In this document: in pieces, positions 27,901-36,846 of the stretch
How the letters are laid out: the number at the start of each line of letters is the position of its first letter
Numbering within the stretch: position 1 is the first letter of the stretch
NCBI GenBank assembly: GCA_964389675.1
Contig: CAYMEV010000007.1
Location: 1 to 64,000 of the forward strand
From: an uncultured Candidatus Sumerlaeota bacterium
GTDB taxonomy: Bacteria > CAYMEV01
Reading direction: 5' to 3'
Length of the DNA: 64,000 nt
Notes under the pieces: generated by a model
The model's database searches: none
Told to the model about the DNA's origin: nothing
The model's input: the letters and a program-made list of their open reading frames with translations, nothing else
Translations under genes and position numbers: made by a program

Positions 27901-28053
27901 GGAGGCGAGTTTCAGGCCCCGCTGGCAAGGGCTGTAGTAGGGGGGCTTCTCAGTGCGACCTTGATAACCCTCGTTGTGGTCCCTGTAGTATATTACATTT
28001 TTGAGCGCAGGTCAAAAGATCATTCAGCAGCTGCTGTAAACGGGAAAATGTAA
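24952..28053 (+). CDS. RND efflux permease (AcrB/SwrC-like)
   Basis: 1033 aa; GMLVDNSIVVLENI, GIVVNNAIVLVD, RLRPILMT. Confidence 0.95.
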   Translation: MKVSRFSVNRPRLTMMVCLIIFIIGGMAFRRLPIDLMPDITYPTLSVYANYENASPEEIEELVTRPIEEAMSAVPGVEEVTSDSEEGSSSVRVSFSWGTDLDAAASDVRDRLDRVIRSLPEDMDRPMLRKFDPSSMPIMIMGASSNLDSIQIRRIIDDQVKYRIERVPGVAALDVWGGLEREIHVNLDVDKVKARGIPLDQVLGSISAAKVTLPAGNVEHGNYQIIVRTPGEYTDLTQIRETVVAEKDGVFVQLKDIADIEDTHQKITRIVRVNGKPGIQLSITKQSGKNTVEVAERVLQEVKNINRDIPQIRLIPIIDSSDYIKRSISSVSSSAIYGGIFAVFVLLFFLRNIRSTAIVAVAIPLSVVATFVLIYFYGFTINIMTLGGLALGIGMLVDNSIVVLENIYRLQESGLKSKQAAIQGSEEVASAVIASTLTTVAIFLPLIFVEGMSGVMFKQLAIVVSFALLCSLLVSLAVIPMLASKYLRHVGIEHFKKDTIFKKLFRTSSRMLAGLENLYRNILQYALVHRARVLIGAAFILILSLLMISFIGVELMPQGDEGEVRVYGDLEVGTRLSLTDEKFKYIDKVVTGEVPEIKSMVTSIGGWSETHEGSIRISLVPQSERSRSSEEIAQELRKRLSGIPGMSIRTRAGTGMFTRMLAGRGGGSERIEIEIRGFDLNIADNLAKQIEDAVKEVEGITDTRISRETGKPEYLVNVNRERAADMKLTVASIARMLQTSIGGSTAGYYREDGNEYRILVRLKDAENLELNDILNLTILNSDGEPVILKNVVDVAMHSGPVEIERRDQERVVTVTANYAERDMGSILGDIKDRLQEIPVPRGFDIGFTGEYEQQQETFGELAVVMVLALLIVYMVMVSLYESFRDPFVVMFSIPPAAIGVVWMLFITGTTFNMQSIIGCIMLAGIVVNNAIVLVDHINLLRVRDKMPLKDAIEEAGRRRLRPILMTAFTTILALTPMATGFGEGGEFQAPLARAVVGGLLSATLITLVVVPVVYYIFERRSKDHSAAAVNGKM

Positions 28054-28088
28054 TTTGCCTGCTGATGTTTTTTTGAAAGGAGTTAATT

Positions 28089-29648
28089 ATGTCCTGTCTG
28101 GAAGTTGATTTTTATGCAGATAGAATAATTTTCCGCATGATGCAGTTTTTATGCCTTATCATCATCATAGTCTTATCAGGAAATGGCTTCATAAACTCTG
28201 CAGATGAGAGTATCTCTCACGAGGATCATATTCTGCAGCCAGGTTCTCAAAGAGAAGCTTCGCTCTCAATGCCAGATAACACAGGTCCTCTTAATCTGTC
28301 TATTGAAGATGCCATTCTTATGGCATTAGAGAACAACAGGTCACTACGCATCGAGAAAATGAACCCTGATATAATCCAAACATATGAACAGCAGGAAAAA
28401 GCTGTCTTTGACCCGTATCTCACAGCAGGTTATTCATACTTCAGCAATAAAGGTGATGATGATACAGAAAACAGAGCAGGTGGAGACATTGCTATTGAGA
28501 GTTTTCTGCCGACGGGAACCTCAATATCTCTAAGCTTTAATACCCAAAGGGACTGGGCTGAGCTTTACAGTGACAATCATGCATCAACACTGGGACTGAC
28601 CGTTACACAATCCCTGCTAAGAGGCTCAGGATCAGGCTATAACCTTGCAAGCGTTCATCAGGCCGGATTGGACACATTGTCCTCCAGGTATGAGCTTAAG
28701 GGTTATACAGAGGAGCTTGTTGCAAATGTTGAAAAAAGTTACTGGAACCTGGCGCTTGCAAAAAGAAACCTTGAGATATACCAGCATTCAATGGATCTTG
28801 CAGTACAGCAGTTAAATGAAGTAGAAGAAAGGATAAATGTGGGGAAGCTTGCAGAGATTGAGCTGGCAGCAGCAAAAGCCGAGGTTGCTTTAAGAAGGGA
28901 AGCTCTCATCAATGCTCAAAGCAGTCTTGAGAAAAGCAAGCTAAGGCTTCTTCTGCTTCTGAACCCGGATGAAGCCAATATATGGATCACTGATATTCAG
29001 CTTAAAGATGTGCCGGAGGTTCCTGAGATCATCCTTGATGATATCGAACAGCATAATGCTGTAGCATTGAAAATGCGCTCAGACCTTAATCAGGCATTGC
29101 TGAGCATAAAGAAAGGCGAATTGGAGATTGCAAAGACTAAGAACGGGCTTCTTCCAAAGCTTGATCTGTTCATAAGTTTTGGTAAAACAGGTTATTCAGA
29201 TTCATTCAGTGGATCAGTTGAAAATATTGACAATGATAATTACAGCTATAATGCCGCCATAAGCTTTGAATTTCCATTCGGCAACAGGAATGCCAGTGCA
29301 AGGCATAAAAGGGCTGTCTACAGCAATGAACAGGCAAAAGAGGCCCTTGAGAATCTTTCTCAGCTGATAGAGCTTGATATAAGGCTTGCATACATTGAAG
29401 TAAACAGAGCCTATCAGCAGATATCTGCAACTGTGGCGACAAAGCAGTCACAGGAGGAAAAATTCCGTGCTGAGGTTGAAAAATTCAGGGTTGGAAGGTC
29501 TACGGCACTGCTCGTAGCTCAGGCTCAGAGGGACCTTGTCAATGCAGAGATATCAGAGGTCGAAGCCATTGTTAACTACCTTAATGCACTGGTTGAATTA
29601 TTCAGAATTGAGGGGTCGCTTTTGGAAAGAAGGGGGATAAAACTTTGA
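28089..29648 (+). CDS. TolC family outer membrane efflux protein
   Basis: LSIEDAILMALENN, LLPKLDL, KFRVGRST..VAQAQ; follows MFP-RND. Confidence 0.9.
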   Translation: MSCLEVDFYADRIIFRMMQFLCLIIIIVLSGNGFINSADESISHEDHILQPGSQREASLSMPDNTGPLNLSIEDAILMALENNRSLRIEKMNPDIIQTYEQQEKAVFDPYLTAGYSYFSNKGDDDTENRAGGDIAIESFLPTGTSISLSFNTQRDWAELYSDNHASTLGLTVTQSLLRGSGSGYNLASVHQAGLDTLSSRYELKGYTEELVANVEKSYWNLALAKRNLEIYQHSMDLAVQQLNEVEERINVGKLAEIELAAAKAEVALRREALINAQSSLEKSKLRLLLLLNPDEANIWITDIQLKDVPEVPEIILDDIEQHNAVALKMRSDLNQALLSIKKGELEIAKTKNGLLPKLDLFISFGKTGYSDSFSGSVENIDNDNYSYNAAISFEFPFGNRNASARHKRAVYSNEQAKEALENLSQLIELDIRLAYIEVNRAYQQISATVATKQSQEEKFRAEVEKFRVGRSTALLVAQAQRDLVNAEISEVEAIVNYLNALVELFRIEGSLLERRGIKL

Positions 29649-29689
29649 AAAACTTGCAGAAAGCGGTGAAGGATTATATGGACTGATAT

Positions 29690-30529
29690 ATGTGCAGTGA
29701 TATAATGATTGGGACCTGTTCCTGGAACTACAGCTCCTGGATTGGTACCGTCTATTCTAAAGCCTGCCCGTCCCCTGCCGGTTACCTTGCCGAATATTCC
29801 CGAAAATATTCCACAGTTGAAATTGACAGCTGGTTTTACAGGATACCATCCAGAAAAGATGTCACTGAACTTTTGAAAGCGGTTCCCGAGTCTTTCAGAT
29901 TTACATGCAAGATAAACCGGGACCTGACCATGCCGTTCACTGGAAAGTCTCGAAATGAGAAAAACCCAAAATTCCTGGATCCTGAGCTGTTTTTCAGGTT
30001 TTGTGATGCAGTTGAACCAATGCTTTGCCGTGTGGATATTATCATTTTTGAGTTTGAATATCTTAACAGGGAAAAGATGGAGTCTGTCTCAAGGTTTCTG
30101 GAATTATTCAGCGAGTTCAAAGAAAAGATTGGAAAGGGATTCCCGATAGGAATAGAAACAAGGAACAGCAATTATCTTACAGATGATTATTTTGATTATT
30201 TAAATTCCAGTGATATTTCCCATGTTTTTTCTGAAAAACAGTACATGCCCCATGTATATGATGTTTATGACAAATACAGGTCAAAGATCAATAAACGTAC
30301 TGTTATCAGGCTTTTGGGTGAAGACAGGGCTGGAATTGAGAAATTGACCGGCAAGAAATGGGACAGGATCGTTATTGACAGGGAAGATAAGGAAAGGATA
30401 GTTGAAATGTCAACTGGTATAAACCAGAAAGTCATCATAAATGTAAACAATCATTATGAAGGTTCAGCTCCCCTTACTATAAAAAGCCTAAAGCGCCTGT
30501 TCATACAGAGGGGTATTAAAGTAAAATGA
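29690..30529 (+). CDS. DUF72 domain protein
   Basis: IGTCSWNY, YSTVEIDSWFYRIP, FRFTCK, IETRN, NNHYEG. Confidence 0.9.
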   Translation: MCSDIMIGTCSWNYSSWIGTVYSKACPSPAGYLAEYSRKYSTVEIDSWFYRIPSRKDVTELLKAVPESFRFTCKINRDLTMPFTGKSRNEKNPKFLDPELFFRFCDAVEPMLCRVDIIIFEFEYLNREKMESVSRFLELFSEFKEKIGKGFPIGIETRNSNYLTDDYFDYLNSSDISHVFSEKQYMPHVYDVYDKYRSKINKRTVIRLLGEDRAGIEKLTGKKWDRIVIDREDKERIVEMSTGINQKVIINVNNHYEGSAPLTIKSLKRLFIQRGIKVK

Positions 30530-30552
30530 ACCGGGGTAAAGATGGATGAAAT

Positions 30553-33500
30553 TTATTCGGTTAATTCCTTAAGTTTTTTCCTGTATTCATATTTCACCGT
30601 TCTTTTCAGCAGAAATGTATATGCATCTTTTGCCTCTTTCCCATATTCCTCTCTGCCTGTGAGCTTCCACAGTTCATAGTGTATTTCAGCTCTTTGTTCA
30701 TCGCTTAGATCTTTATCCATGAGCATTCCTGATAATAGCTCTGTGTCTTTTTCAATCTTATGTGAAAGTATGGTGGACTTGAACATTATATCCTTTCTGT
30801 CTATCCTGCATGCAATTGAAAAAGCCTCCCGATTGAAAGCCTCTGCATCCCTGGCTTTCCCTGTTTTATAAAGCAATGATGCTTTGCGGTACAAAAACTC
30901 TGAGAGTTCAAAAACTGTATGAAGTTCGCTACTGATCTCTATTGCTTTATTATAGTATTTTAGAGCTTCCCTGTAATCGGCCAGATGAAAATGAATGCTT
31001 CCGATATTTCCAAAAGCAAGGCTTATCCTCCTTTTATCCCCAAGACCGGAGCATATTGCAAGCTGTTTTTCATAATACTCTATAGCCTTCTCAAAGTCTC
31101 CCTGGTCTGCATAGATATTTCCTATATTGCCGCAGGTAATCCCGATGCTGTTATTATCCCCAAGTTCTTCACATAGTACAAGGTTTTTCCGGAAGCACTT
31201 CATTGATTTTGAAAACTCACCCCTGGTGTGGTGTACCAGTCCCATATTTCCAAGAACACGGACAATTCCCCTTTTATCCCCAAGCTCTTCACAAATTGCC
31301 CTCTGCTTGTTATAATAATATACCGCCTTATCATTATCACCCCGGTTAAAAAATACATTTCCCATATTTCCTAGAGCAATGCTTAAGCCATTCTTATCAC
31401 CCAGTTCTTCACATATCGAGATTACTTTCTGATATGATTTTACAGCCTTTTCATATTCTCCCCGGTCATAATAGACTATTCCCATATTTCCAAAAGAATA
31501 GCATATCCCAACCTTGTCGCCGAGTTTCTGGCATACCTTGAGTTTGGTCTCATAGCATTTCATGGCTTTTCCATAATCTCCCCTGTCCGAATGAATATTC
31601 CCTATACTGCCTGTTGCAGAGCTGATTCCCCTTTTGTCATCTATTGCGTTGCTTATTGAAAGCCATTTTTTATAGTAAAGCATGGCTTTGTCATATCTTC
31701 CCTGTATATAGAATATATTCCCCATTTTTCCCATAATCCTGCTCATGGCCATTTTATCATCAAGCTCTCTGCTTATAGATAATTGCCTTTCATAATATTG
31801 CATTGCATTTTCATATTTGCCCTGATCATACAGAATATCCCCTATATTTCCTACTGCTGCAGATATTCCGTTTTTATAGCCCAGTCTTTCAGCCGCTGAA
31901 AGAGATTTGCCCAGATATGATAAAGCTTCTTTTTGCTGTCCCATGCGTTGAAGGAGCCATCCCAGGCTGTTGCGGCAATCAGAGCACAGCGCTGTATCAT
32001 TTTGTATTTCAGAGATGTCGAGAGCCTTCTTGAAAATAATATAGGCATCCCTCCACCTTCCGGTAAGAGTCAGGATATCTCCAAGCTTCAGGCTTATCAT
32101 GGCTTCCTCGATCCTATCCTTACCTGTTTTTTGGAGCAGCTCTACTGCTGTTTCATAGCAGTTCAGCGCCTTTTCGTTAAAATAACGTTTTTTAGCAATA
32201 TCCCCGCATATTTCATAGCAGGTTGCTGCCTTTTCAGAATCTTCTCCCTGCAGGTACTGATAGGCGATCTCATCAGTTAACTCTTCCGGGGATGCTTCAG
32301 AAAGGGACTCCAGTGCCTTGCCCAAAAAAAGACTGATCTCTCCCTTATTCTCCACGCTTTCGCGTATTTGATCCTTTATTACTATGTTACTGAAAGAATA
32401 GTGTATGCTGTTCTTGACTTTGACAGGCCTTAATATCTCCAGATTTTCAAGTTCAAGCAGTTCAGCTGCAGTATCAGCAACGCCTGTCTTTTCTAAAACA
32501 GCCTTGATTGTATAAACGCTCGGATTTATTTTTAGAAGAGACAGTACCTTTATTATTTTTCTTTTGCTGTCATCCATGAAGAGCTTTTGCATCTTCTGCT
32601 TTACTATGTGGATTATATTATCTGGAATAATTACATCATCTATATCTCTGATCAGTTTCCAGTATTTCTTATCCCTTATTATTATATCCTTATCAAGCAG
32701 TGATTTAATGAGCTCCTGAAGGAACAGCGGCCTGCTCCCGACTTTTTCTATTATCTTGCCTGTTGCTCCTTTCAGGCTTTTATCAAGGTACCTGCTGCCG
32801 AAGATATTTTGGATATATTTATTTACAGCCTTTATATCAAGCTGATGCAATTCATATTTCCTTACATCCCGAATATTCAAAATTTCAGTTATGCCGGATT
32901 CATGATTAAGCTTATCCTCATTGATGTTGGCATAGATGATGATTCTCAAATCATCGGATTTATCAATGCTGGCCCTGTAAATCAGGTTTTTTAATAATAA
33001 AACTGAACCGTAATCTATCCATTGAAGATCATTGAAATATATAATATACTGATTTTCTATTGTTTTTGAAAACTCAATAATAAAATCGCATATATTCTGA
33101 AGGATGATCCGCTGCATCAATTCCGGGTCATCAGAAACTGCCGGCGGTTCATAATTTTTCAGATCCCTGTGCTCAGGCAGTATAAGCCTCAGGTATCTGC
33201 CATAATGCTCAAGAAGCACAGCGGGTGAGAATGTGATGACCTGCAGCAGGATTTCTGATATACTGTGGTACTGCCTTGCTTCACCTTCCATGCAGTCTGT
33301 GCCGAAAAATCTAATTCTGTTTAATCTGCAGTATTTCCTAAATTCATCAAACAGCCTTGTTTTGCCGACTCCTGATGGGCCGCTGAATATATGAAAATTA
33401 AGCTTTTCCTTTCCGAATAGTCCCTTTTTAAGGTACCGGAACTCATTTACTCTGTCTGTAAATGCATTGCCGAGTACATAACTGTGCTTTGTCTCACATG

Positions 33501-34365
33501 TTTCATAATCATAATCAAGTTTTAATGCTTTATTCATATCAGCTATTACAAAAGAGCAATCATCATAACGTTCTTCAGGCAGGTAGGCTGTCATTTTGCG
33601 GATTATATTCTGCAGACCAGGGTCAGTGATCACTGACAGTCTTTTTTCCTGATGATTTTTATATCTATCTTCATTCCCGAGCAGGTCTATCATGCTTTGC
33701 ATTGAGAGTATAATACCCTCATAAAAACGTTTTTTCGTTATAATTTCAAAGAAAAGGATACCGCAGGAGAAGATATCCATGGAGAAATCCCTTATACCGG
33801 ACAGGGATTCCGGGGATATGTACAGAAGGGAACCTCTGATATTGCTGTAAAACCTTTGTGGCCTTGCGGACAGGCCAAAATCCATAAGCTTTGCAGTGTT
33901 GCCTGTGATCATAATATTTAAGGGCTTCAGGTCACCATAGATTATGTTTCTGCTGTGTATATAGTTCAATGCCCTGAGTATCTGAACCATTATATCAAAC
34001 TTTTTACGCTTATTCCTGATCTTATATTCCTTTAAGAGGATTCCCTTAAGATATTCCATTAATATGAAGCAGCTGTCCCGGTACTCTCCAAATTCATATA
34101 CACGTGTCAGGTTAGGGTGCTTAAGCCTTGTCATTATTTCATACTCATTTTTGAAAATATCAGCCAGGGAATTCCCATTACCCGGCTGATAATCCTGCCT
34201 GAATATCTTCAGGGCAAAACTGAAATTATCTTTCAGTATATCCTGCACCAGGTAGACCATTCCCATTCCGCCATGCCCTATCTCTCTGACTACCCTGTAC
34301 CTGTTGTTTATTAGAAAAGGCCTGGACAGAGATCCTGCTTTATTTTCTGAGAGGTTTTTTTCCAT
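30553..34365 (-). CDS. Ser/Thr protein kinase - STAND/AAA ATPase - TPR array protein
   Basis: GHGGMG, ALK, YGDLKPLN, DFG, YISPE; Walker A GPSGVGKT (33358-33381); Walker B-like IIYFNDLQWID; GSRPLFL; about 10 40-aa TPRs. Confidence 0.9.
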   Translation of the reverse strand: MEKNLSENKAGSLSRPFLINNRYRVVREIGHGGMGMVYLVQDILKDNFSFALKIFRQDYQPGNGNSLADIFKNEYEIMTRLKHPNLTRVYEFGEYRDSCFILMEYLKGILLKEYKIRNKRKKFDIMVQILRALNYIHSRNIIYGDLKPLNIMITGNTAKLMDFGLSARPQRFYSNIRGSLLYISPESLSGIRDFSMDIFSCGILFFEIITKKRFYEGIILSMQSMIDLLGNEDRYKNHQEKRLSVITDPGLQNIIRKMTAYLPEERYDDCSFVIADMNKALKLDYDYETCETKHSYVLGNAFTDRVNEFRYLKKGLFGKEKLNFHIFSGPSGVGKTRLFDEFRKYCRLNRIRFFGTDCMEGEARQYHSISEILLQVITFSPAVLLEHYGRYLRLILPEHRDLKNYEPPAVSDDPELMQRIILQNICDFIIEFSKTIENQYIIYFNDLQWIDYGSVLLLKNLIYRASIDKSDDLRIIIYANINEDKLNHESGITEILNIRDVRKYELHQLDIKAVNKYIQNIFGSRYLDKSLKGATGKIIEKVGSRPLFLQELIKSLLDKDIIIRDKKYWKLIRDIDDVIIPDNIIHIVKQKMQKLFMDDSKRKIIKVLSLLKINPSVYTIKAVLEKTGVADTAAELLELENLEILRPVKVKNSIHYSFSNIVIKDQIRESVENKGEISLFLGKALESLSEASPEELTDEIAYQYLQGEDSEKAATCYEICGDIAKKRYFNEKALNCYETAVELLQKTGKDRIEEAMISLKLGDILTLTGRWRDAYIIFKKALDISEIQNDTALCSDCRNSLGWLLQRMGQQKEALSYLGKSLSAAERLGYKNGISAAVGNIGDILYDQGKYENAMQYYERQLSISRELDDKMAMSRIMGKMGNIFYIQGRYDKAMLYYKKWLSISNAIDDKRGISSATGSIGNIHSDRGDYGKAMKCYETKLKVCQKLGDKVGICYSFGNMGIVYYDRGEYEKAVKSYQKVISICEELGDKNGLSIALGNMGNVFFNRGDNDKAVYYYNKQRAICEELGDKRGIVRVLGNMGLVHHTRGEFSKSMKCFRKNLVLCEELGDNNSIGITCGNIGNIYADQGDFEKAIEYYEKQLAICSGLGDKRRISLAFGNIGSIHFHLADYREALKYYNKAIEISSELHTVFELSEFLYRKASLLYKTGKARDAEAFNREAFSIACRIDRKDIMFKSTILSHKIEKDTELLSGMLMDKDLSDEQRAEIHYELWKLTGREEYGKEAKDAYTFLLKRTVKYEYRKKLKELTE
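30960..31920 (-). repeat. degenerate 120-bp tandem repeats encoding TPR units
   Basis: A CC(C/T/G)AT..T.CC motif (GN(M/I)G codons) recurs exactly every 120 bp at 31001, 31121, 31241, 31361, 31481, 31601, 31721 and 31841. Confidence 0.85.
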
Positions 34366-34371
34366 ATAATG

Positions 34372-34399
34372 ATTTTAGTACAATTTTGCTTTATAACAA
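34372..34399 (-). promoter_or_regulatory. promoter predicting a leaderless kinase-STAND-TPR mRNA
   Basis: TTGTTA-16 bp-TAAAAT-6 nt-ATG(34365); no SD. Confidence 0.55.
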
Positions 34400-34513
34400 G
34401 CTAAAAGGCATAAGGCAGTCTTGTAAGCAGCTGTAAGGAACTGCTTTTATGCAAAAAACACTATTTTTATGATCTGAACAGTATAATTAATTAAAAAAAA
34501 TATATTATATCTA

Positions 34514-34541
34514 TTGATTTTTGCATATTTTAATTTATAAT
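34514..34541 (+). promoter_or_regulatory. sigma-70 promoter for the DUF805 gene
   Basis: TTGATT-16 bp-TATAAT. Confidence 0.55.
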
Positions 34542-34603
34542 CATTTCCTATAGGGTAGTTTTTCTGAAGATTTAAGCAATTTTAGAAAAAAGGAGGTATA
34601 GCT

Positions 34604-34957
34604 ATGGAATGGTTTCTTAAGGTAATTAAGCAGTATGCAGATTTTTCAGGCAGGGCAAGGAGAAAGGAATACTGGATGTATTTCCTTTTCTACATGATAT
34701 TTTATCTTATCCTGTTTGGAATAGATATGGCACTCAGCCTTGGTTTTCTGGCAATAATCTATGCTCTTGCTTTGTTAATTCCAAGCCTTGCTGTTGCTGT
34801 CAGAAGGCTTCATGATATCGGGAAAAGCGGCTGGTTTATTCTTATAAGCCTGATCCCTTTTATTGGGGCAATTATTCTGATCGTTTTTCTGGTTACTGAC
34901 AGCCAGCCTGGAGAAAATCAATACGGGCCAAATCCAAAGGAGACAGCAGCCCAGTAA
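34604..34957 (+). CDS. DUF805 (YhaH-like) membrane protein
   Basis: YADFSGRARRKEYW, VAVRRLHDIGKSGW, GENQYGPNP. Confidence 0.95.
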   Translation: MEWFLKVIKQYADFSGRARRKEYWMYFLFYMIFYLILFGIDMALSLGFLAIIYALALLIPSLAVAVRRLHDIGKSGWFILISLIPFIGAIILIVFLVTDSQPGENQYGPNPKETAAQ

Positions 34958-34987
34958 AAGAATAAATTTCACAAAAGCATGCTTTAC

Positions 34988-35022
34988 GGGATTTTTGCAT
35001 TCAGGCAAAAATCCCTCTTTTT
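34988..35022 (+). terminator. intrinsic terminator
   Basis: GGGATTTTTGC-ATTCAG-GCAAAAATCCC followed by TCTTTTA. Confidence 0.75.
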
Positions 35023-35068
35023 ATATGATCATTGAAAAGCTGTTCAGGATCAATTAAAATTATGATTA

Positions 35069-35659
35069 TCAATCCGTAATAACGAACCTGTAAGGGAAAT
35101 CCCTGGCATGACCGGCATAATCTATGTTTATTCTCCTTGTGGCCTTTATGTTATAAACTGCCGGTTTTTCTGGGAATGCGATAAAAAGATCTGAATTTGT
35201 CAGGTCAGTGCCATAATGCGACATGTTTATACCCATTGCCTGTGTAAGTTTGCCTGGCCCATCAGTGAGTCTGGTTATTAACTCTGTTTTCCTGCGGGCC
35301 TTCATCAGATCAATACCTGAAACAGGTTTTAAGGCTCTTATGAGTACGACTTCCGGTGAGCCGAGCTTTGATGTAGTGACATTAAAACAGAAGTACATGC
35401 CATATATCATAAAAATATAAGCCAGCCCGCTTTCCCTGTATTGCACTGATACCCTTTTTGAATTTTTTTTATATGAGTGGGATGCCGGGTCATTCAGCCC
35501 TGTATAGGCTTCTGTCTCAGTAATAATGCCTGATGTAACCCCTGATGGCGAGATATTGACCAGATACTTGCCGATCAGTGCACGCGCAACAGATACAGTA
35601 TCATCCTCAAAAAAGGCTCTTGGCAGGGGGCGAGGACTCAGTCTTATTTCAGTATCCAT
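35069..35659 (-). CDS. mpg: DNA-3-methyladenine glycosylase (AAG/MPG family)
   Basis: VARALIGK, ITETEAY, YGMYFCFNV, VLIRA, GPGKLTQA. Confidence 0.93.
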   Translation of the reverse strand: MDTEIRLSPRPLPRAFFEDDTVSVARALIGKYLVNISPSGVTSGIITETEAYTGLNDPASHSYKKNSKRVSVQYRESGLAYIFMIYGMYFCFNVTTSKLGSPEVVLIRALKPVSGIDLMKARRKTELITRLTDGPGKLTQAMGINMSHYGTDLTNSDLFIAFPEKPAVYNIKATRRINIDYAGHARDFPYRFVITD

Positions 35660-36314
35660 GGCATAATGATATAATATCGATTTTTTCAGGCTTATACACT
35701 CTTATGCTTTTGACTGCTTCCATTACAGTTGTGCCTGATGTATATATATCATCAAATATTATGAGCTTTCTGTCTTCAATTAGGCATTGCCTGGCTGAAA
35801 ATGCATTATTGAGCTGTTTCTGCCTTTGCTGCAGCGAGAGGTTGTATAGCGGGCTTGTATATCGTTTTCTCTTCAGTATTTTTCTCAGTTTGTATATATT
35901 CTCCCTGTCAATAAGTGTTTTAAGCAGTATCTCATTTTGATCAAAACCCCTGATAACTAGTTTTTTTATGAAGTGAGAGGGTATGTAGGTAATTGTATCA
36001 GGATTCAAAAGCTTTAGCAGTGAAGAGAAAGGAGCTGAAAAAATCTCTCTGAAAATTGATGTAAGGTCCGTGTTTTTCTGGAATTTAAGAAGATGTATAA
36101 TTTTCTTCACACTGCCTGTATACTTTGAAAAATAATAGAGATATAGATTGGATTCTTTTAAAGCTATCTTTTCAGGTGAGTTAAAAACGGAGTCCTTAAG
36201 CTCTTTAAGGCAGCTGTCGCAGATATTTGTATATTTGTCCCGGAGTATACTGGAACTGCAGATATAACAGCGGGGAGGCAGCAGAATATTGATCATTTCT
36301 TTAACCACGGTCAT
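35649..36314 (-). CDS. comF: ComF family phosphoribosyltransferase with N-terminal zinc finger
   Basis: PPRCYIC..ICDSC, RGFDQ, IFDDIYTSGTT; start placed at the ATGA overlap with the rlmH stop. Confidence 0.85.
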   Translation of the reverse strand: MTVVKEMINILLPPRCYICSSSILRDKYTNICDSCLKELKDSVFNSPEKIALKESNLYLYYFSKYTGSVKKIIHLLKFQKNTDLTSIFREIFSAPFSSLLKLLNPDTITYIPSHFIKKLVIRGFDQNEILLKTLIDRENIYKLRKILKRKRYTSPLYNLSLQQRQKQLNNAFSARQCLIEDRKLIIFDDIYTSGTTVMEAVKSIRVYKPEKIDIISLCHGY

Positions 36315-36745
36315 TTCGCCTGATGGTACGGATGGTTTGTATATATGCACTGTACCCTGTACAGTTGTTCTAACAGCATTACTCTTATAAGGAAATGATT
36401 AAATACCATATTGGAAAAGGAGATGGCAAGAGAAGGGCTTGGCGTATTCTGAGGGTAGCATCCCAAATCATTACCTATATAAAAGAAAAGGTTTTTATAA
36501 TTTATCTCGAGAGAAGCATATAAATCATAGAATTCCTCTGTTGAAAATTGTTTGCCGCGTGGATTCAGGAGGATGTTGAAAGAGCTTTTTTCTGAGCATG
36601 TCTTAAAGAGGTCCTGCGGGATGGATCCGGCAGTATTAATGATGCTGATGTTAAACCTGCTTTTCATCTGGAGCAGATACTTCTTTTCAACAGCCAGATA
36701 GGGCGAATTTTCTTTTTTCAGCAGGGATACTATATATACCTTCAT
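36311..36745 (-). CDS. rlmH: 23S rRNA m3Psi1915 methyltransferase (SPOUT)
   Basis: LNPRGKQFSTEEF, FYIG, HFLIRVMLLEQLYR, HPYH. Confidence 0.88.
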   Translation of the reverse strand: MKVYIVSLLKKENSPYLAVEKKYLLQMKSRFNISIINTAGSIPQDLFKTCSEKSSFNILLNPRGKQFSTEEFYDLYASLEINYKNLFFYIGNDLGCYPQNTPSPSLAISFSNMVFNHFLIRVMLLEQLYRVQCIYTNHPYHQAK

Positions 36746-36751
36746 AAAATC

Positions 36752-36779
36752 ATTATACAGAAACAAAATATCTTGTCAA
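36752..36779 (-). promoter_or_regulatory. consensus promoter predicting a leaderless rlmH mRNA
   Basis: TTGACA-16 bp-TATAAT-6 nt-ATG(36745). Confidence 0.7.
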
Positions 36780-36846
36780 ACTGAAACTATAGGTATAATA
36801 GCTTCGTAATATATTACAATTAAAATATACATATTATGAGGCCTGT

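Noticed and set aside
30960..31920. CRISPR array or DGR-type repeats
   Set aside because: The repeats are in-frame degenerate coding units with no spacers, and there is no cas or reverse transcriptase gene
4433..34957. Genomic island integrated at tRNA-Ser
   Set aside because: The downstream genes look accessory, but there is no integrase and I found no duplicated tRNA 3' end (attR)
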